The position numbers and the translations under genes were made by a program. Shown one piece after another: positions 26,556 through 35,459 of a stretch of 64,000 nucleotides of DNA. The notes below the pieces were generated by a model. That model ran no database searches, was not told where the DNA came from, and worked only from the letters and a program-made list of their open reading frames with translations. The DNA comes from an uncultured Acidobacteriota bacterium. Lineage in GTDB: Bacteria > Acidobacteriota > Thermoanaerobaculia > Multivoradales > UBA5704. The stretch spans positions 3,588,555 to 3,652,554 of the forward strand of contig CAVYRF010000002.1 of assembly GCA_963770895.1 (NCBI GenBank), given 5' to 3'. Positions within the stretch are counted from its first letter, which is position 1, and each line of letters opens with the position of its first letter.

Positions 26556-28297
26556 GGAGGGCCTCCCTGGGCGGAGGAGCCGGCCGCCTGGCGCGGCGTG
26601 CCGGGCAGATCGGCGGTGACGAAGACAAAGAAGGGCGTGCCGGCGGGCACGCGCAAGGTCGGCTGCACGGCCAGGTCGCGGCGCACCAGCTCCAGGCCGA
26701 CGCTCGACAGCTCCTGGCCCAGGGCGGCGGCGGCGACCTGCTGGCTGCTGGGCGCCGTCGCGAAGCCGCTGGCCGCCGGCTGCGACAGCTGGGCGCCGGC
26801 GCCCAGCAGCGACAGCAGCACGGCATCGCCGAACACCCGCCGCAGGTGGTTGTCGGTCTGCGCCGGCAGGCCGGCGGCGCCGGTGGCGTCGGCGGCGGGC
26901 AGGCCGGCGACTTCGACGCTGCCGCCGTCGGCGAACAGGAAGCGGGTCCAGGCGACCAGCAGGCGGTTCTGGCCGGCGGCGACCTGGTCCTGGTAGCGCC
27001 CCAGCAGGCGGGTGCCGCGCGGGATGACGACCTGTCGCAGGGTGCCGTCGTAGACGTCGCGGCTGACCTGCGCCAGCAGCGGCCCGGGCAGACCGGAATC
27101 GACCGCCGTCAGCAGGGTCGCCGAGATCAGCGTCCCCGCCGCCACCGTCCCGCCGGCGGCCGGCGCGCGGTAGCGCACCGCGAGCGGTTCGCCGCCTGCC
27201 GGGGGGTGCCCGGCCAGCGCCTCCCAGCGCGAGCCGCCAGGACTGCCGCTGGCGGCGGCGCTCGCTCCGGCGCCGGGTCCGCCGCCCGCTCCGGCTCCGA
27301 TGCCCGCTCCGGCACCGCCGGCACCGCCGGCACCGCCGGCTTCAATGCCAGTTCCGGCTCCGATTTCTGCTCCGCCACCGGCGCCTGCTCCGGCGGCGCC
27401 CGCGGCGTCCGCCGGCCGGCGTGGCGGGCTGCCTCCTTCACCGGCGCCGCCGGTGACCGGGCCGACATTCGGGGGCGCCGGCGGGGCTGCCGCGGCGTCT
27501 GGCCCTGCGGCATCGCCACCTGCGCGGCCCTGGCTTCCGCCGCCGGCGTCCCCGCCACCGTCCCCGCGGCTACCCCTGCCGCCATCCCAGCCTTCGCTGG
27601 CCGGGAACCAGCGGCCCTGCCGTGGCGCACCCTGAGCGGCGCCGATCGCGATCGCCAGCGGCGAGCGCAGGGCGCGCTGGAAGGCGGCGCGGGGGCTGCC
27701 GGGCGGTTCGCCGGTGCCAGTCGTGGTTGCAGTTGCGAAGGGTCCGCCGCCGGCCCCATAAGCTTCCGCGCCGCCCTGTCCGCCGGCGCCTGCCTGGGCG
27801 GTGCCGGCCGCGCCGGCCGCCGCGTTGCGATCGCCGCCGGGCGCCTGCAGCAGGCGCATCAGGCGGGCGGTTTCGGCCGCCGCGGACGGGTCGGCGCCCT
27901 GAGCGTCGCCGGCGCCATCGACCGCGCCGGTGCCGCCTGCGGCACCGATCCCGGCGCCGGCTCCGGCGGCACCAGCGCCGGCGGCTCCGGCCCCGCCTCC
28001 GGCGGCCAGTCCAGCCGCGATCGCCGCGGCAGCATCGCCGGCGCCCGCCGGCCGCCCGGCCACGGTGCCGGGAGCCAGGCGCAGGAAGCCGGGGGCGCCG
28101 CCTTCGAGGCGTTGCGCCAGCGCCAGGCCGGTCGCCCGCGGCGGCGGTGGCGGCGCGGCCAGGAAGACCGCCGCCAGCAGGGTGACGATCAGGATGAGCG
28201 CCGCCACCAGCAGCACGGCGCGGTTGAGCCGCCGTACGGTGTGGGACAGGATGGGCGGCACCTTGGACGGCAGCGGCGAGCCGGAAACCGGGTCCAT
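26552..28297 (-). CDS. trbI: Conjugal transfer protein TrbI (VirB10 family)
   Basis: N-terminal TM anchor, a ~300-aa Gly/Ala-rich low-complexity linker, and a C-terminal TrbI/VirB10 domain ('LISATLLTAVDSGLPGPLLAQVSRDVYDGTLRQVVIPRGTRLLGRY...NRLLVAWTRFLFADGGSVEV'). Confidence 0.85.
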   Translation of the reverse strand: MDPVSGSPLPSKVPPILSHTVRRLNRAVLLVAALILIVTLLAAVFLAAPPPPPRATGLALAQRLEGGAPGFLRLAPGTVAGRPAGAGDAAAAIAAGLAAGGGAGAAGAGAAGAGAGIGAAGGTGAVDGAGDAQGADPSAAAETARLMRLLQAPGGDRNAAAGAAGTAQAGAGGQGGAEAYGAGGGPFATATTTGTGEPPGSPRAAFQRALRSPLAIAIGAAQGAPRQGRWFPASEGWDGGRGSRGDGGGDAGGGSQGRAGGDAAGPDAAAAPPAPPNVGPVTGGAGEGGSPPRRPADAAGAAGAGAGGGAEIGAGTGIEAGGAGGAGGAGAGIGAGAGGGPGAGASAAASGSPGGSRWEALAGHPPAGGEPLAVRYRAPAAGGTVAAGTLISATLLTAVDSGLPGPLLAQVSRDVYDGTLRQVVIPRGTRLLGRYQDQVAAGQNRLLVAWTRFLFADGGSVEVAGLPAADATGAAGLPAQTDNHLRRVFGDAVLLSLLGAGAQLSQPAASGFATAPSSQQVAAAALGQELSSVGLELVRRDLAVQPTLRVPAGTPFFVFVTADLPGTPRQAAGSSAQGGPP

Positions 28298-28300
28298 GGC

Positions 28301-29479
28301 TCACTCCTCCCTGCCGGCGGCGCCGGCGGCACCGGGGGCGCCGGCGGTGGCGGCCGGGTCGTCTGCCGTCCGCCGGGGGCGCTGGCGGCCGGCCGCGTGG
28401 TTGACGATTTCGAGCTGCTGCCGGTGACCCTTGCCGGCGCCGTCGCCGATCACCAGCACGGCGCGGTCGACGACGCGGTCGGTGACGTAGGCCTGCTGCT
28501 CCAGCCGGTAGTTGAGCAGGGCCAGGGAGCCGTCGGGCTGGGCCGCCAGCAGCGCCGGCGCCTCGGCGTGGCGGGCGGCGTCGGGGAGCAGGATGTAGGT
28601 GTGCTCGCCGTCGTCGAACACCTGCGACGGCGTCCACGGGAAGCCGCGGTCGCGGCGCCAGCGGTAGTCGAAGTTGAGCTGCGACAGCGCGACGCCGGGG
28701 GCCAGCGCGGCCGGCGCCCGCGCCGCGGCGGCGGCGGCCGCGGCCTGGGCCGCCGCGGCGGCGCGCTCGGCGTCGGCCCAGCGCCGCACCAGGTCTTCGG
28801 GGTAGTAGAAGCGCAGCAGGCCGGTGTAGGGCAGGCGTGGGTTGTAGCGTTGCGCGGCGCCGCGCGGTTCGCGGCAGGGCGGCGAATCCAGGCTGACCTC
28901 GTAGACCCGCCGGTCGGTCGCGATCACCAGGTTGGTGCTGACGTCGCACGCGGTCGGCTTGACCAGGACCAGCGGGGTGCGGGCTCCCGGCCCCGACGCC
29001 GCGGTCTGCACCAGCCAGCGTTCGCTGTCGCCGGTGGCGGTGGCGAGCAGCGTTTCGGCTTCCTCCAGCTGGATCGCGCAGGCGCGCAGCGGCGCGCACC
29101 GCACCACCGGCCGGGTGTGGCCGTAGGGCACCAGCACCGTCGCGCCGCCCAGCTCCAGCGACTTGAGGTCCGCCGCGTCGCCGCTGGCGCGCCAGGCGCG
29201 CGTCAGCGCCTCCCCTGCGCCCGCGCCCTGGTCCGCGCCGTCGCCGCCGGCGGCGGATGGCGCCGCGGCGGCGGCCGCGCCGGCGCCCGCGGCAGCGGCA
29301 GGGGCGGTGGGGTCGGAGACCGGGGCAGGGGCGGCGCCGGCGGTCCAGGGGCAGATGAGCAGCACGGCGAGCCAGCAGGCCGGCGCCGGCCACGGCAGGC
29401 GGCGGCGCCGGGAGCGGGCGGCGGCGAGGGCGCCATGGCAGGCGGCGCCGGAGGCGGGGGAGAGGGGCGGGCGGATCAT
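28301..29479 (-). CDS. trbG: Conjugal transfer protein TrbG (VirB9 family)
   Basis: Signal peptide. CagX/TrbG-type motifs ('RFYYPEDL', 'NFDYRWRRDRGFPWTPSQVFDDGEHTYILLP', 'YVTDRVVDRAVLVIGDG'). ATGA overlap with trbF. Confidence 0.85.
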   Translation of the reverse strand: MIRPPLSPASGAACHGALAAARSRRRRLPWPAPACWLAVLLICPWTAGAAPAPVSDPTAPAAAAGAGAAAAAAPSAAGGDGADQGAGAGEALTRAWRASGDAADLKSLELGGATVLVPYGHTRPVVRCAPLRACAIQLEEAETLLATATGDSERWLVQTAASGPGARTPLVLVKPTACDVSTNLVIATDRRVYEVSLDSPPCREPRGAAQRYNPRLPYTGLLRFYYPEDLVRRWADAERAAAAAQAAAAAAAARAPAALAPGVALSQLNFDYRWRRDRGFPWTPSQVFDDGEHTYILLPDAARHAEAPALLAAQPDGSLALLNYRLEQQAYVTDRVVDRAVLVIGDGAGKGHRQQLEIVNHAAGRQRPRRTADDPAATAGAPGAAGAAGREE

Positions 29480-30252
29480 CGCGGGTCTCCCATGGAGAGC
29501 TGCGTCCAGTTGATCTCGGTGACGAACAGGCCGAGCGGGTTGGTGAGGATGGCGGCGGCGGTCTCGGGCGGCTGCTGCTCGACGCGCAGGTAGGCTTCCC
29601 AGGCGGCGGCGCGCGGCGCACCGGCGAAACGGGGGCGCTCGATCTCGCGCCAGCTGACCTTCCAGGTCTGGCTGCGCGGCACCTGCAGCACGGCGGTGAC
29701 GTCGACCTGGCGGGTGATGCCGCGGCCGAGCACGCGCGGGTCGTGGGCGGGATCGGCGAACCAGGCGTCGAGGGTGGCGCGGGCGGGGCCAGCCAGGTAG
29801 GCGTAGGCGTCCAGCAGCCGCACGCGCTCGGCTTCGGGATCGGCGGAGACGGCGCGCAGGTTGCGGATGAGCGCCGCCAGCTGGAACACGGTGACGCGGC
29901 TGTCGCCGCGGCGCAGACGTTCGGCGGGACCGAACGCCAGGGCCTGGCCGAAGCGATCGACTTCGACCACGTAGGGGGTGATGCGCGAGGCGGCGCCCTG
30001 GCGGATGTAGGCGGCCAGGACGCCGGCCAGCAGCGCCAGCAGGGCGAAGCTGACCAGCTGCCAGTTGCGCTTGCCCTTGGCGAGGTCGCCGAAGACGCTG
30101 GCGAACTCGTGGCGCGCGGCCAGGAACGGATTGGCCGCGGGCCGCCGGGCCGCGGCGACGTCCCTGCTGCGATCGGTGCGATCGGTGCGATCGGTGCGAT
30201 CGGGCCGAGCGGGCCGATCGGGGCGGGCGGTGCGAGCGGGCCGGCCGGTCAT
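29476..30252 (-). CDS. trbF: Conjugal transfer protein TrbF (VirB8 family)
   Basis: Single TM ('WQLVSFALLALLAGVLAAYI') followed by a VirB8-like periplasmic domain ('ITPYVVEVDRFGQALAFGP...RVTVFQLAALIRNLRAV'). The ATG is embedded in ATGA overlapping the trbL stop. The ORF-track ORF 29476..31803 upstream of this ATG is out-of-frame noise. Confidence 0.8.
   Translation of the reverse strand: MTGRPARTARPDRPARPDRTDRTDRTDRSRDVAAARRPAANPFLAARHEFASVFGDLAKGKRNWQLVSFALLALLAGVLAAYIRQGAASRITPYVVEVDRFGQALAFGPAERLRRGDSRVTVFQLAALIRNLRAVSADPEAERVRLLDAYAYLAGPARATLDAWFADPAHDPRVLGRGITRQVDVTAVLQVPRSQTWKVSWREIERPRFAGAPRAAAWEAYLRVEQQPPETAAAILTNPLGLFVTEINWTQLSMGDPR
30174..30230. repeat. 9-bp imperfect tandem repeat (~6 units) inside the trbF 5' coding region, encoding (TDR)/(PDR/PAR) repeats
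   Basis: 'gcgatcggt gcgatcggt gcgatcggt gcgatcggg ccgagcggg ccgatcggg' on the plus strand. On the coding (minus) strand it encodes 'ARPDRPARPDRTDRTDRTDR'. Confidence 0.7.
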
Positions 30253-31265
30253 CGCAGCGAGTCCTGGAGCCGCAGGGTGGCGCCCTGGGTGAGCCGCGCC
30301 GCCACCGCCGCCGGCACCCGCCACACCAGCAGACAGAGGATGAGGGCGCCGGCGAGCAGCTGGAAATCCAGCGTCAGCGACGGCGCCGGGGGCTGTCCGC
30401 CGGCGCCGGCCGGCGTCAGGCTGAGCACCACCCACTGCCGCGACAGAGCGGTGCCGACGCCGGCCAGCAGGTACAGCAGGTAGACCCGGACGCCGGTCTG
30501 GAAGGCGTACAGCAGGTAGCCCTCGGCAAAGGGCGCGGTGCCGCGGAAGCTGGCGAAGCCCAGGAACAGCGCCCCGCCGGTGAGCACGATGTAGGTTTCG
30601 ACCAGCGTCATGCAGATCTGCGCCGCGATGCCGGCGTAGGCCAGGACCACCAGCAGCGCCGTCGCCGAGGCCACGATGTTGCCGGTGGGATCGGTGAGAA
30701 AGCCGGCGTTGCCGACGGCGAGCAGCAGGTTGGAGGCGATGGTGATGCCCAGGTCGAGCAGCTGCGACGGGTTGACGGCGGTGGTGCCGGTGGCGCTCTG
30801 GCCGGCCGCCTCGAAGCCGCGGGTGATGGCGGGCACCCACAGCGGGAACAGGTAGATCAGGCTGAACAGGAACGACAGCAGCATGAACTTGCGCAGCAGC
30901 GCCGCCAGCGCCGCGTCCAGGCCGTCGCGGCCGAGCGCCCACCAGATGCCGGACACCGCCAGCTCCAGCGTGGCGAGCAGCGCGAAGGTCCGTTCGGCCA
31001 GCGGCACGATGCGCGCAAGCCAGCCGGCGGCGGCCGTTTCGTAGTCCAGGACCAGGCCGTCCACGACGCCGGCCGCGTCCTGCTGCCGCGGCACCCCCGG
31101 CTCGCCGGCGGCGGCGCCGGCGGCGCGGGCGGGCACAGCGAGCGCCAGCGCCAGCAGCACCACCACTGCCAGCGCCGGCAGCACCGGCAGCGCCAGGCGG
31201 ATCGGGCAAGCTCTCCCCATTGCCGCCGCGCTGGGGCGGCGGGCAGGTCCATGCAGGCTTGACAT
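30249..31265 (-). CDS. trbL: Conjugal transfer protein TrbL (VirB6 family)
   Basis: Polytopic membrane protein with TrbL/VirB6 signature segments ('LLRKFMLLSFLFSLIYLFPLWVPAITRGFEAAG', 'ICMTLVETYIVLTGGALFLGFASF'). Confidence 0.85.
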   Translation of the reverse strand: MSSLHGPARRPSAAAMGRACPIRLALPVLPALAVVVLLALALAVPARAAGAAAGEPGVPRQQDAAGVVDGLVLDYETAAAGWLARIVPLAERTFALLATLELAVSGIWWALGRDGLDAALAALLRKFMLLSFLFSLIYLFPLWVPAITRGFEAAGQSATGTTAVNPSQLLDLGITIASNLLLAVGNAGFLTDPTGNIVASATALLVVLAYAGIAAQICMTLVETYIVLTGGALFLGFASFRGTAPFAEGYLLYAFQTGVRVYLLYLLAGVGTALSRQWVVLSLTPAGAGGQPPAPSLTLDFQLLAGALILCLLVWRVPAAVAARLTQGATLRLQDSLR

Positions 31266-31277
31266 GGCGGCTCCGCG

Positions 31278-32096
31278 TCAGTCGGCCGGCCAGGCGGGCG
31301 GCGTGAAGGTCCAGCCTGGCGAGGCGTTGATGGCGGCGGCGCGGGCGGCGTCGGCGGTCATGGCGCCGAAGGTGGCGCGCGCCTGGGCTTCGCGGTTGAT
31401 CCAGTAGCCGCCGGCGACCGCCTGCAGGTTGGTCTGGACGGCGAGCGCCTGGCGGGTCAGCAGCTGCTCCTGGGCGGAGAAGCCGGCGAGCGTGGTGAGC
31501 AGCTCGAGCGCCTGCTGGTGACCCTGGGTGCCGGCCATCTGGGCGCGGATCGCGGCCAGCAGCTGCTCGCCGGCGGCCAGCTCCTGGCCCTGGCGGGCGG
31601 CGGCGGCGAGGCCGGCGCGCAGGGTGTCGAGCGCCCGGTCGGTCTGCTGCGGGTAGGTGGTGCCGAAGGTCGCGGTCCAGCTCTGCCAGCCCGGATAGGT
31701 GGCGGTGAACTCGCCGCCGGGGTCGGGCAGCGAATAGCCGAGCGACTGCCCCGAGCGCGCCAGCGCCGCCAGGTCGCCCAGCTCGCTCGCCACCTGGCGC
31801 CATGCCGGCGCGTCGAGCTTGCGCAGCGCCTGGAGCTGGTAGCGGATCTGCTGCGCCTGGTTGGCCAGCTGCTCCACCTGCTGGTAGATCTGCAGGGCGA
31901 ACTGCAGGTAGTGGACGTAGTGCCAGTGCGCGTTGAGCGCGATGTGCGCCACGTCGGTCACCGGGATGATCGCCGCCGCGGGCGGCGTCGCGGCGGCCGT
32001 CTGCAGGACCAGCGCCAGGGTCGCCGCGGCGGCGACCGTGCGGCGGCGGCGCGCGGCAGCGGGGGAGGGGGCGGGGGGGCGTGGCAGGATGGTCAT
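31278..32096 (-). CDS. trbJ: Conjugal transfer protein TrbJ (VirB5-like)
   Basis: Signal peptide 'VAAAATLALVLQTAAATP', then a coiled-coil-rich TrbJ-like sequence ('IIPVTDVAHIALNAHWHYVHYLQFALQIYQQVEQLANQAQQIRYQLQAL'). Start at MTILPRPP. 4-nt overlap with trbE. The upstream portion of the 1095-aa track ORF is not in frame with this protein. Confidence 0.75.
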   Translation of the reverse strand: MTILPRPPAPSPAAARRRRTVAAAATLALVLQTAAATPPAAAIIPVTDVAHIALNAHWHYVHYLQFALQIYQQVEQLANQAQQIRYQLQALRKLDAPAWRQVASELGDLAALARSGQSLGYSLPDPGGEFTATYPGWQSWTATFGTTYPQQTDRALDTLRAGLAAAARQGQELAAGEQLLAAIRAQMAGTQGHQQALELLTTLAGFSAQEQLLTRQALAVQTNLQAVAGGYWINREAQARATFGAMTADAARAAAINASPGWTFTPPAWPAD

Positions 32097-34669
32097 CGCG
32101 GGGTCTCCTTCTGGACGGCGGGGGTGGCGGGTGCGAAGCCGGCGGCGAGCCGGTCGTAGAGCGGCAGGTGCGCGGCCAGGCCGCGGCTTTCCAGCCAGGC
32201 GCGCGGCCAGCCGGCGCCGTGGCTTTCGATCAGCTGGCGCGCCTGGGCGATCGCCTCGGGCAGGGTCATGCCCTCGGGGGTGCCGACGAAGGCGAGCGCC
32301 GCCGGGCCCAGGCCCAGCTCGAACAGGCGCGAGCCGCGCGGGCTCTTGAAGTAGTAATCGCGCTTGCGGCGGGCGTGGGCGATGAGGTGGATCTCGGCGT
32401 CGTTGAGGCCCAGGTCCAGGTAAAGGGCGCGGTGGCCGGGCGCGGCGGCCTCGGGGTTGGCCAGCAGGATGCGGGTGGGGCAGCTCTCCAGCAGCACGTG
32501 CCGCGACGGGCTGTCCCACAGCTGCGACAGGCTCTGCGTCGCCAGCACCACGGCGGCGTTCTGCTTGCGCAGGGTGAGCAGCCACTGCTTGATGCGCGCC
32601 GCGAAGGCGCTTTTCATCAGCGGCAGCCAGGCTTCCTCGATCACCAGCAGCGACGGCCGCCCCTGCTCCAGGCGCTGTTCGACGCGATGGAAGAGATAGA
32701 GCAGGACCGGCAGCAGCACGCGGTCGTCCATGTCCACCAGGCGCTTGAGCTCGAAGACCTGGTAGGGGCCGCCGTCTTCCAGGTCGTCTCTCCCGGCGTC
32801 GAGCAGGTGGGCCAGGTTGCCTTCGGCATAGGGGGCCAGAGCGGCCGCCAGCTCGCGCTCCTGCAGCTGCGGCACCAGCTCGGACAGGCGCCGGTGCTGC
32901 CGCGGCTCGGTCGACAGCAGCGCCAGCGCCGCGGCCAGGGCCTGGCGCGCCGGCGGCGTCACCGCGACGCCGTTGACCGCCAGCACACCCTCCAGCCACT
33001 CCAGCGCCCACAGCCGTTCGCCGCGGCGGTCGATGGCGGCGAGCGGTTGCAGCGCCACCGGCTCGTTGACCAGGTCGTAGTGCCGGGCGCCGGCGGCGCG
33101 CGCCAGCAGCCACCCCGAGTAGCCGACGTCGAAGCTGAACGCCTGCGCCCGCGGGTAGCGCAGGAACTGCGCCAGCAGCAGGTTGAGCAGCGTGCTCTTG
33201 CCGGCGCCGGTGCCGCCGACGACCAGGGTGTGGCCGACGTCGTCGTCGTGCAGGTTGAGCCAGAACGGGGTGGCGCCGGTGGTCGCCGCCCACAGCAGCG
33301 CCGGGCTGCGGCGCGGGAACAGCGGCGACGGGTTGTGCGGCAGGCCGGGCCAGACGCTGGTGACCGGCAGCAGGTCGGCCAGGTTGCGGCTCGACACCAG
33401 CGGCCGCCGCAGGTTGGCCCAGCCGTGGCCGGGGAGGCTGCCGCGCAGCGCCTCCAGGGCGTTGACGTCTTCGACGCGGGCGGTGAAGCCGCGGTCGTTG
33501 AGCGCCTTGACCACTTCGGCGGCGTTCTGGTCGGCGCGCGCCGCGTCGCGCTCGGCGACCAGCACCACCGGCGTGTACAGGCAGAAGCGGACGCGGCCGG
33601 AGGCGTTGTCCGCCGCCGCCAGCGCCGCGTCGCGCGCCATGGCGCCGGCGTCCTGATCCAGGAACAGCTCGTCGTCGCGCTCGCGTGCGGCGCTGGGCGC
33701 GGCGCCGTCGCCCACCGTCAGCTCGCGCAGCCAGGAGGCGGCGCCGCGGCGCTTTTTGAACCAGCCCAGGCGGACGCGGGCGATGTGGCGCGCCGCGACG
33801 GCCTGCGACAGCGGGATGATGCGGTGGGAGGCGCGGAAGGCGAAGCCCAGGCCGCCCAGGAAGTCCAGGATGCCGGAGAACGATTCGTGTGGGAAACCGT
33901 GGATGGCGACGATGCGCACCGCCAGGTCGCCCACCCGCGGCATCCAGCCGCCGGCGACCGGCTGGTCGGCGAGCAGCCCGTCCAGCCAGGCGCCGTGGGC
34001 CGGCGCCTTGACCGGGTGGTCGAGGCCGGTCAGGCAGGCGTGCAGGTGGGTGAGCAACTCGTCCGAGCCCAGGCGCACCACCTTGAGATGGGTGGACAGG
34101 CGCCGTTCGAGCTGCGCCGCCTCCGACTGGAAGGTGTCGTGCAGCTCGCTCCAGGCCCGCAGGCCGCCGCCCTGGCGGCCGCGCACGAAGAGGGCCGCCA
34201 GGCGCGAATACAGCTCGCGCGGCGGCAGGTAGGTGGCGGCCAGCACGCTGTCGCTGACGAAGTGGCCTCCCGCCGTCTCGTAGGCGGCGCGCCGCTCGGC
34301 GTCGAGCAGCGCGGTGACCGGGTCGGGGAAGGCCCCCGGCGGCGCATAGCCGAGCGCCGGGCGGCGGCGAAAATCGACGTGGAACATCCAGCCGTCGCCG
34401 TAGGGGAGCAGGGCGTCGTGCAGCTGGGCCGCCAGCGCCTCGAGCTCGGCGGCGGTGGCGGCCGCCAGGTCGGGGCCGCGGTAGCTCCAGGCGGTGAGCA
34501 GCGAGCCGTTCTTTTGCAGCACGGTGCCCGGCGCCACCAGGTGCAGCCAGCCGAGCAGGTCGCACAGGCCGCGCGGCTCGCGCCGGTGCTCGCGCAGGCG
34601 GTCGAGCAGCTGCGCGGCGGCGCCGCCGGCCACCAGGGTCAGCGCGGTTGTGATCGGCGTCAGGCTCAT
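32093..34669 (-). CDS. trbE: Conjugal transfer ATPase TrbE (VirB4 family)
   Basis: Real start at MSLTPITT (34669). VirB4 Walker A 'VVGGTGAGKSTLLNLL'. Walker B / DE region 'LLVIEEAWLPL'. Conserved C-terminal 'ATQSLSQL'. Length about 858 aa. Confidence 0.9.
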   Translation of the reverse strand: MSLTPITTALTLVAGGAAAQLLDRLREHRREPRGLCDLLGWLHLVAPGTVLQKNGSLLTAWSYRGPDLAAATAAELEALAAQLHDALLPYGDGWMFHVDFRRRPALGYAPPGAFPDPVTALLDAERRAAYETAGGHFVSDSVLAATYLPPRELYSRLAALFVRGRQGGGLRAWSELHDTFQSEAAQLERRLSTHLKVVRLGSDELLTHLHACLTGLDHPVKAPAHGAWLDGLLADQPVAGGWMPRVGDLAVRIVAIHGFPHESFSGILDFLGGLGFAFRASHRIIPLSQAVAARHIARVRLGWFKKRRGAASWLRELTVGDGAAPSAARERDDELFLDQDAGAMARDAALAAADNASGRVRFCLYTPVVLVAERDAARADQNAAEVVKALNDRGFTARVEDVNALEALRGSLPGHGWANLRRPLVSSRNLADLLPVTSVWPGLPHNPSPLFPRRSPALLWAATTGATPFWLNLHDDDVGHTLVVGGTGAGKSTLLNLLLAQFLRYPRAQAFSFDVGYSGWLLARAAGARHYDLVNEPVALQPLAAIDRRGERLWALEWLEGVLAVNGVAVTPPARQALAAALALLSTEPRQHRRLSELVPQLQERELAAALAPYAEGNLAHLLDAGRDDLEDGGPYQVFELKRLVDMDDRVLLPVLLYLFHRVEQRLEQGRPSLLVIEEAWLPLMKSAFAARIKQWLLTLRKQNAAVVLATQSLSQLWDSPSRHVLLESCPTRILLANPEAAAPGHRALYLDLGLNDAEIHLIAHARRKRDYYFKSPRGSRLFELGLGPAALAFVGTPEGMTLPEAIAQARQLIESHGAGWPRAWLESRGLAAHLPLYDRLAAGFAPATPAVQKETPR

Positions 34670-35001
34670 GGCGTCGTCGGCAGCGCCGGGTCGGGAGGCG
34701 CGGGCGGCGCGTGGAGCGGCGCGCCGGCGGCGTAGAAGTCGGCGCCGCGCAGGCTGCGCACGTAGAGGTCGGCGACGCGCGGGTCCTTGGCGCACAGGAA
34801 GACGGCCAGGGGGTGGAAGACCAGGGCGTAGAACAGGGCGAGCGCCAGGGTGAGCAGGTGCGGCCCGGCTTCGAACAGCAGCAGGAACACCGCCGCCGCC
34901 TCGAACAGCAGGAACTGCGGCGCGACGCCGGCGTAGAGCACCGGCCGCCACAGCGAGGCGTGCAGGCGCGTCTTGGCCGGGGTGGTGGGCGTCGAGGTCA
35001 T
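34666..35001 (-). CDS. trbD: Conjugal transfer protein TrbD (VirB3 family)
   Basis: 111-aa protein starting at MTSTPTT. 'LHASLWRPVLYAGVAPQFLLFEAAAVFLLLF' is the characteristic VirB3/TrbD hairpin TM region. ATGA overlap with trbE. Confidence 0.7.
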   Translation of the reverse strand: MTSTPTTPAKTRLHASLWRPVLYAGVAPQFLLFEAAAVFLLLFEAGPHLLTLALALFYALVFHPLAVFLCAKDPRVADLYVRSLRGADFYAAGAPLHAPPAPPDPALPTTP

Positions 35002-35023
35002 CGCGCTGGTCTCCGCCGTCTGG

Positions 35024-35386
35024 CTACAGCAGCGCGCCCTGGAAGCCGAGCGCATCCACCAGGTTGACCGCGCCGAGCACGATGGCGACGCCGAACAGCG
35101 CCTGGCCGAAGCGCTTGGCGCCCTGCTCGTGGCTGGTGAACGCCCACATGGCGCCGCCCAGCACGAACGCCAGCGCGGCAATGGTCTTGGCGGTGGGACC
35201 GGTCAGGTTGTCCACCACCACCTGCAGCGGGTGGTTCCAGGGCAGGTCGGCGCCGCCGGTGCCGGCGACCGCCGGGCGGGTGGCGACCGCCGCCGCGGTG
35301 AGGGCGGCGGCCAGCCAGGCGCCGACGCGGCGGGTGACGGCGGTGGTGGCGGTGGCGGGTCTGGCAGGACGGAGCGGTGGGCGCAT
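35024..35386 (-). CDS. trbC: Conjugal pilin precursor TrbC (VirB2 family)
   Basis: 120 aa. Long signal/leader, then two hydrophobic helices ('KTIAALAFVLGGAMWAF', 'ALFGVAIVLGAVNLVDALGF') typical of VirB2/TrbC pilins. Confidence 0.75.
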   Translation of the reverse strand: MRPPLRPARPATATTAVTRRVGAWLAAALTAAAVATRPAVAGTGGADLPWNHPLQVVVDNLTGPTAKTIAALAFVLGGAMWAFTSHEQGAKRFGQALFGVAIVLGAVNLVDALGFQGALL

Positions 35387-35459
35387 GACGGGGTTTCCTC
35401 CGGGGTGGGGTCCAAGGCGGCCGTGGCAGCTGGGCGGTGGTTGGGGAGCGGTGGCGGGC

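Noticed and set aside
26846-29621. 915-aa (+) and 683-aa (-) ORFs across trbI/trbG
   Set aside because: They are antisense or out of frame to TrbI/TrbG, whose conserved domains are unambiguous. The translations are poly-R/G/A noise.
29476-34951. N-terminal extensions of the track ORFs 29476..31803, 31278..34565 and 32093..34951
   Set aside because: Only the C-terminal portions match TrbF, TrbJ and TrbE. The upstream portions are read-through in GC-rich DNA. The true starts are internal ATGs embedded in ATGA stop/start overlaps with the preceding gene.
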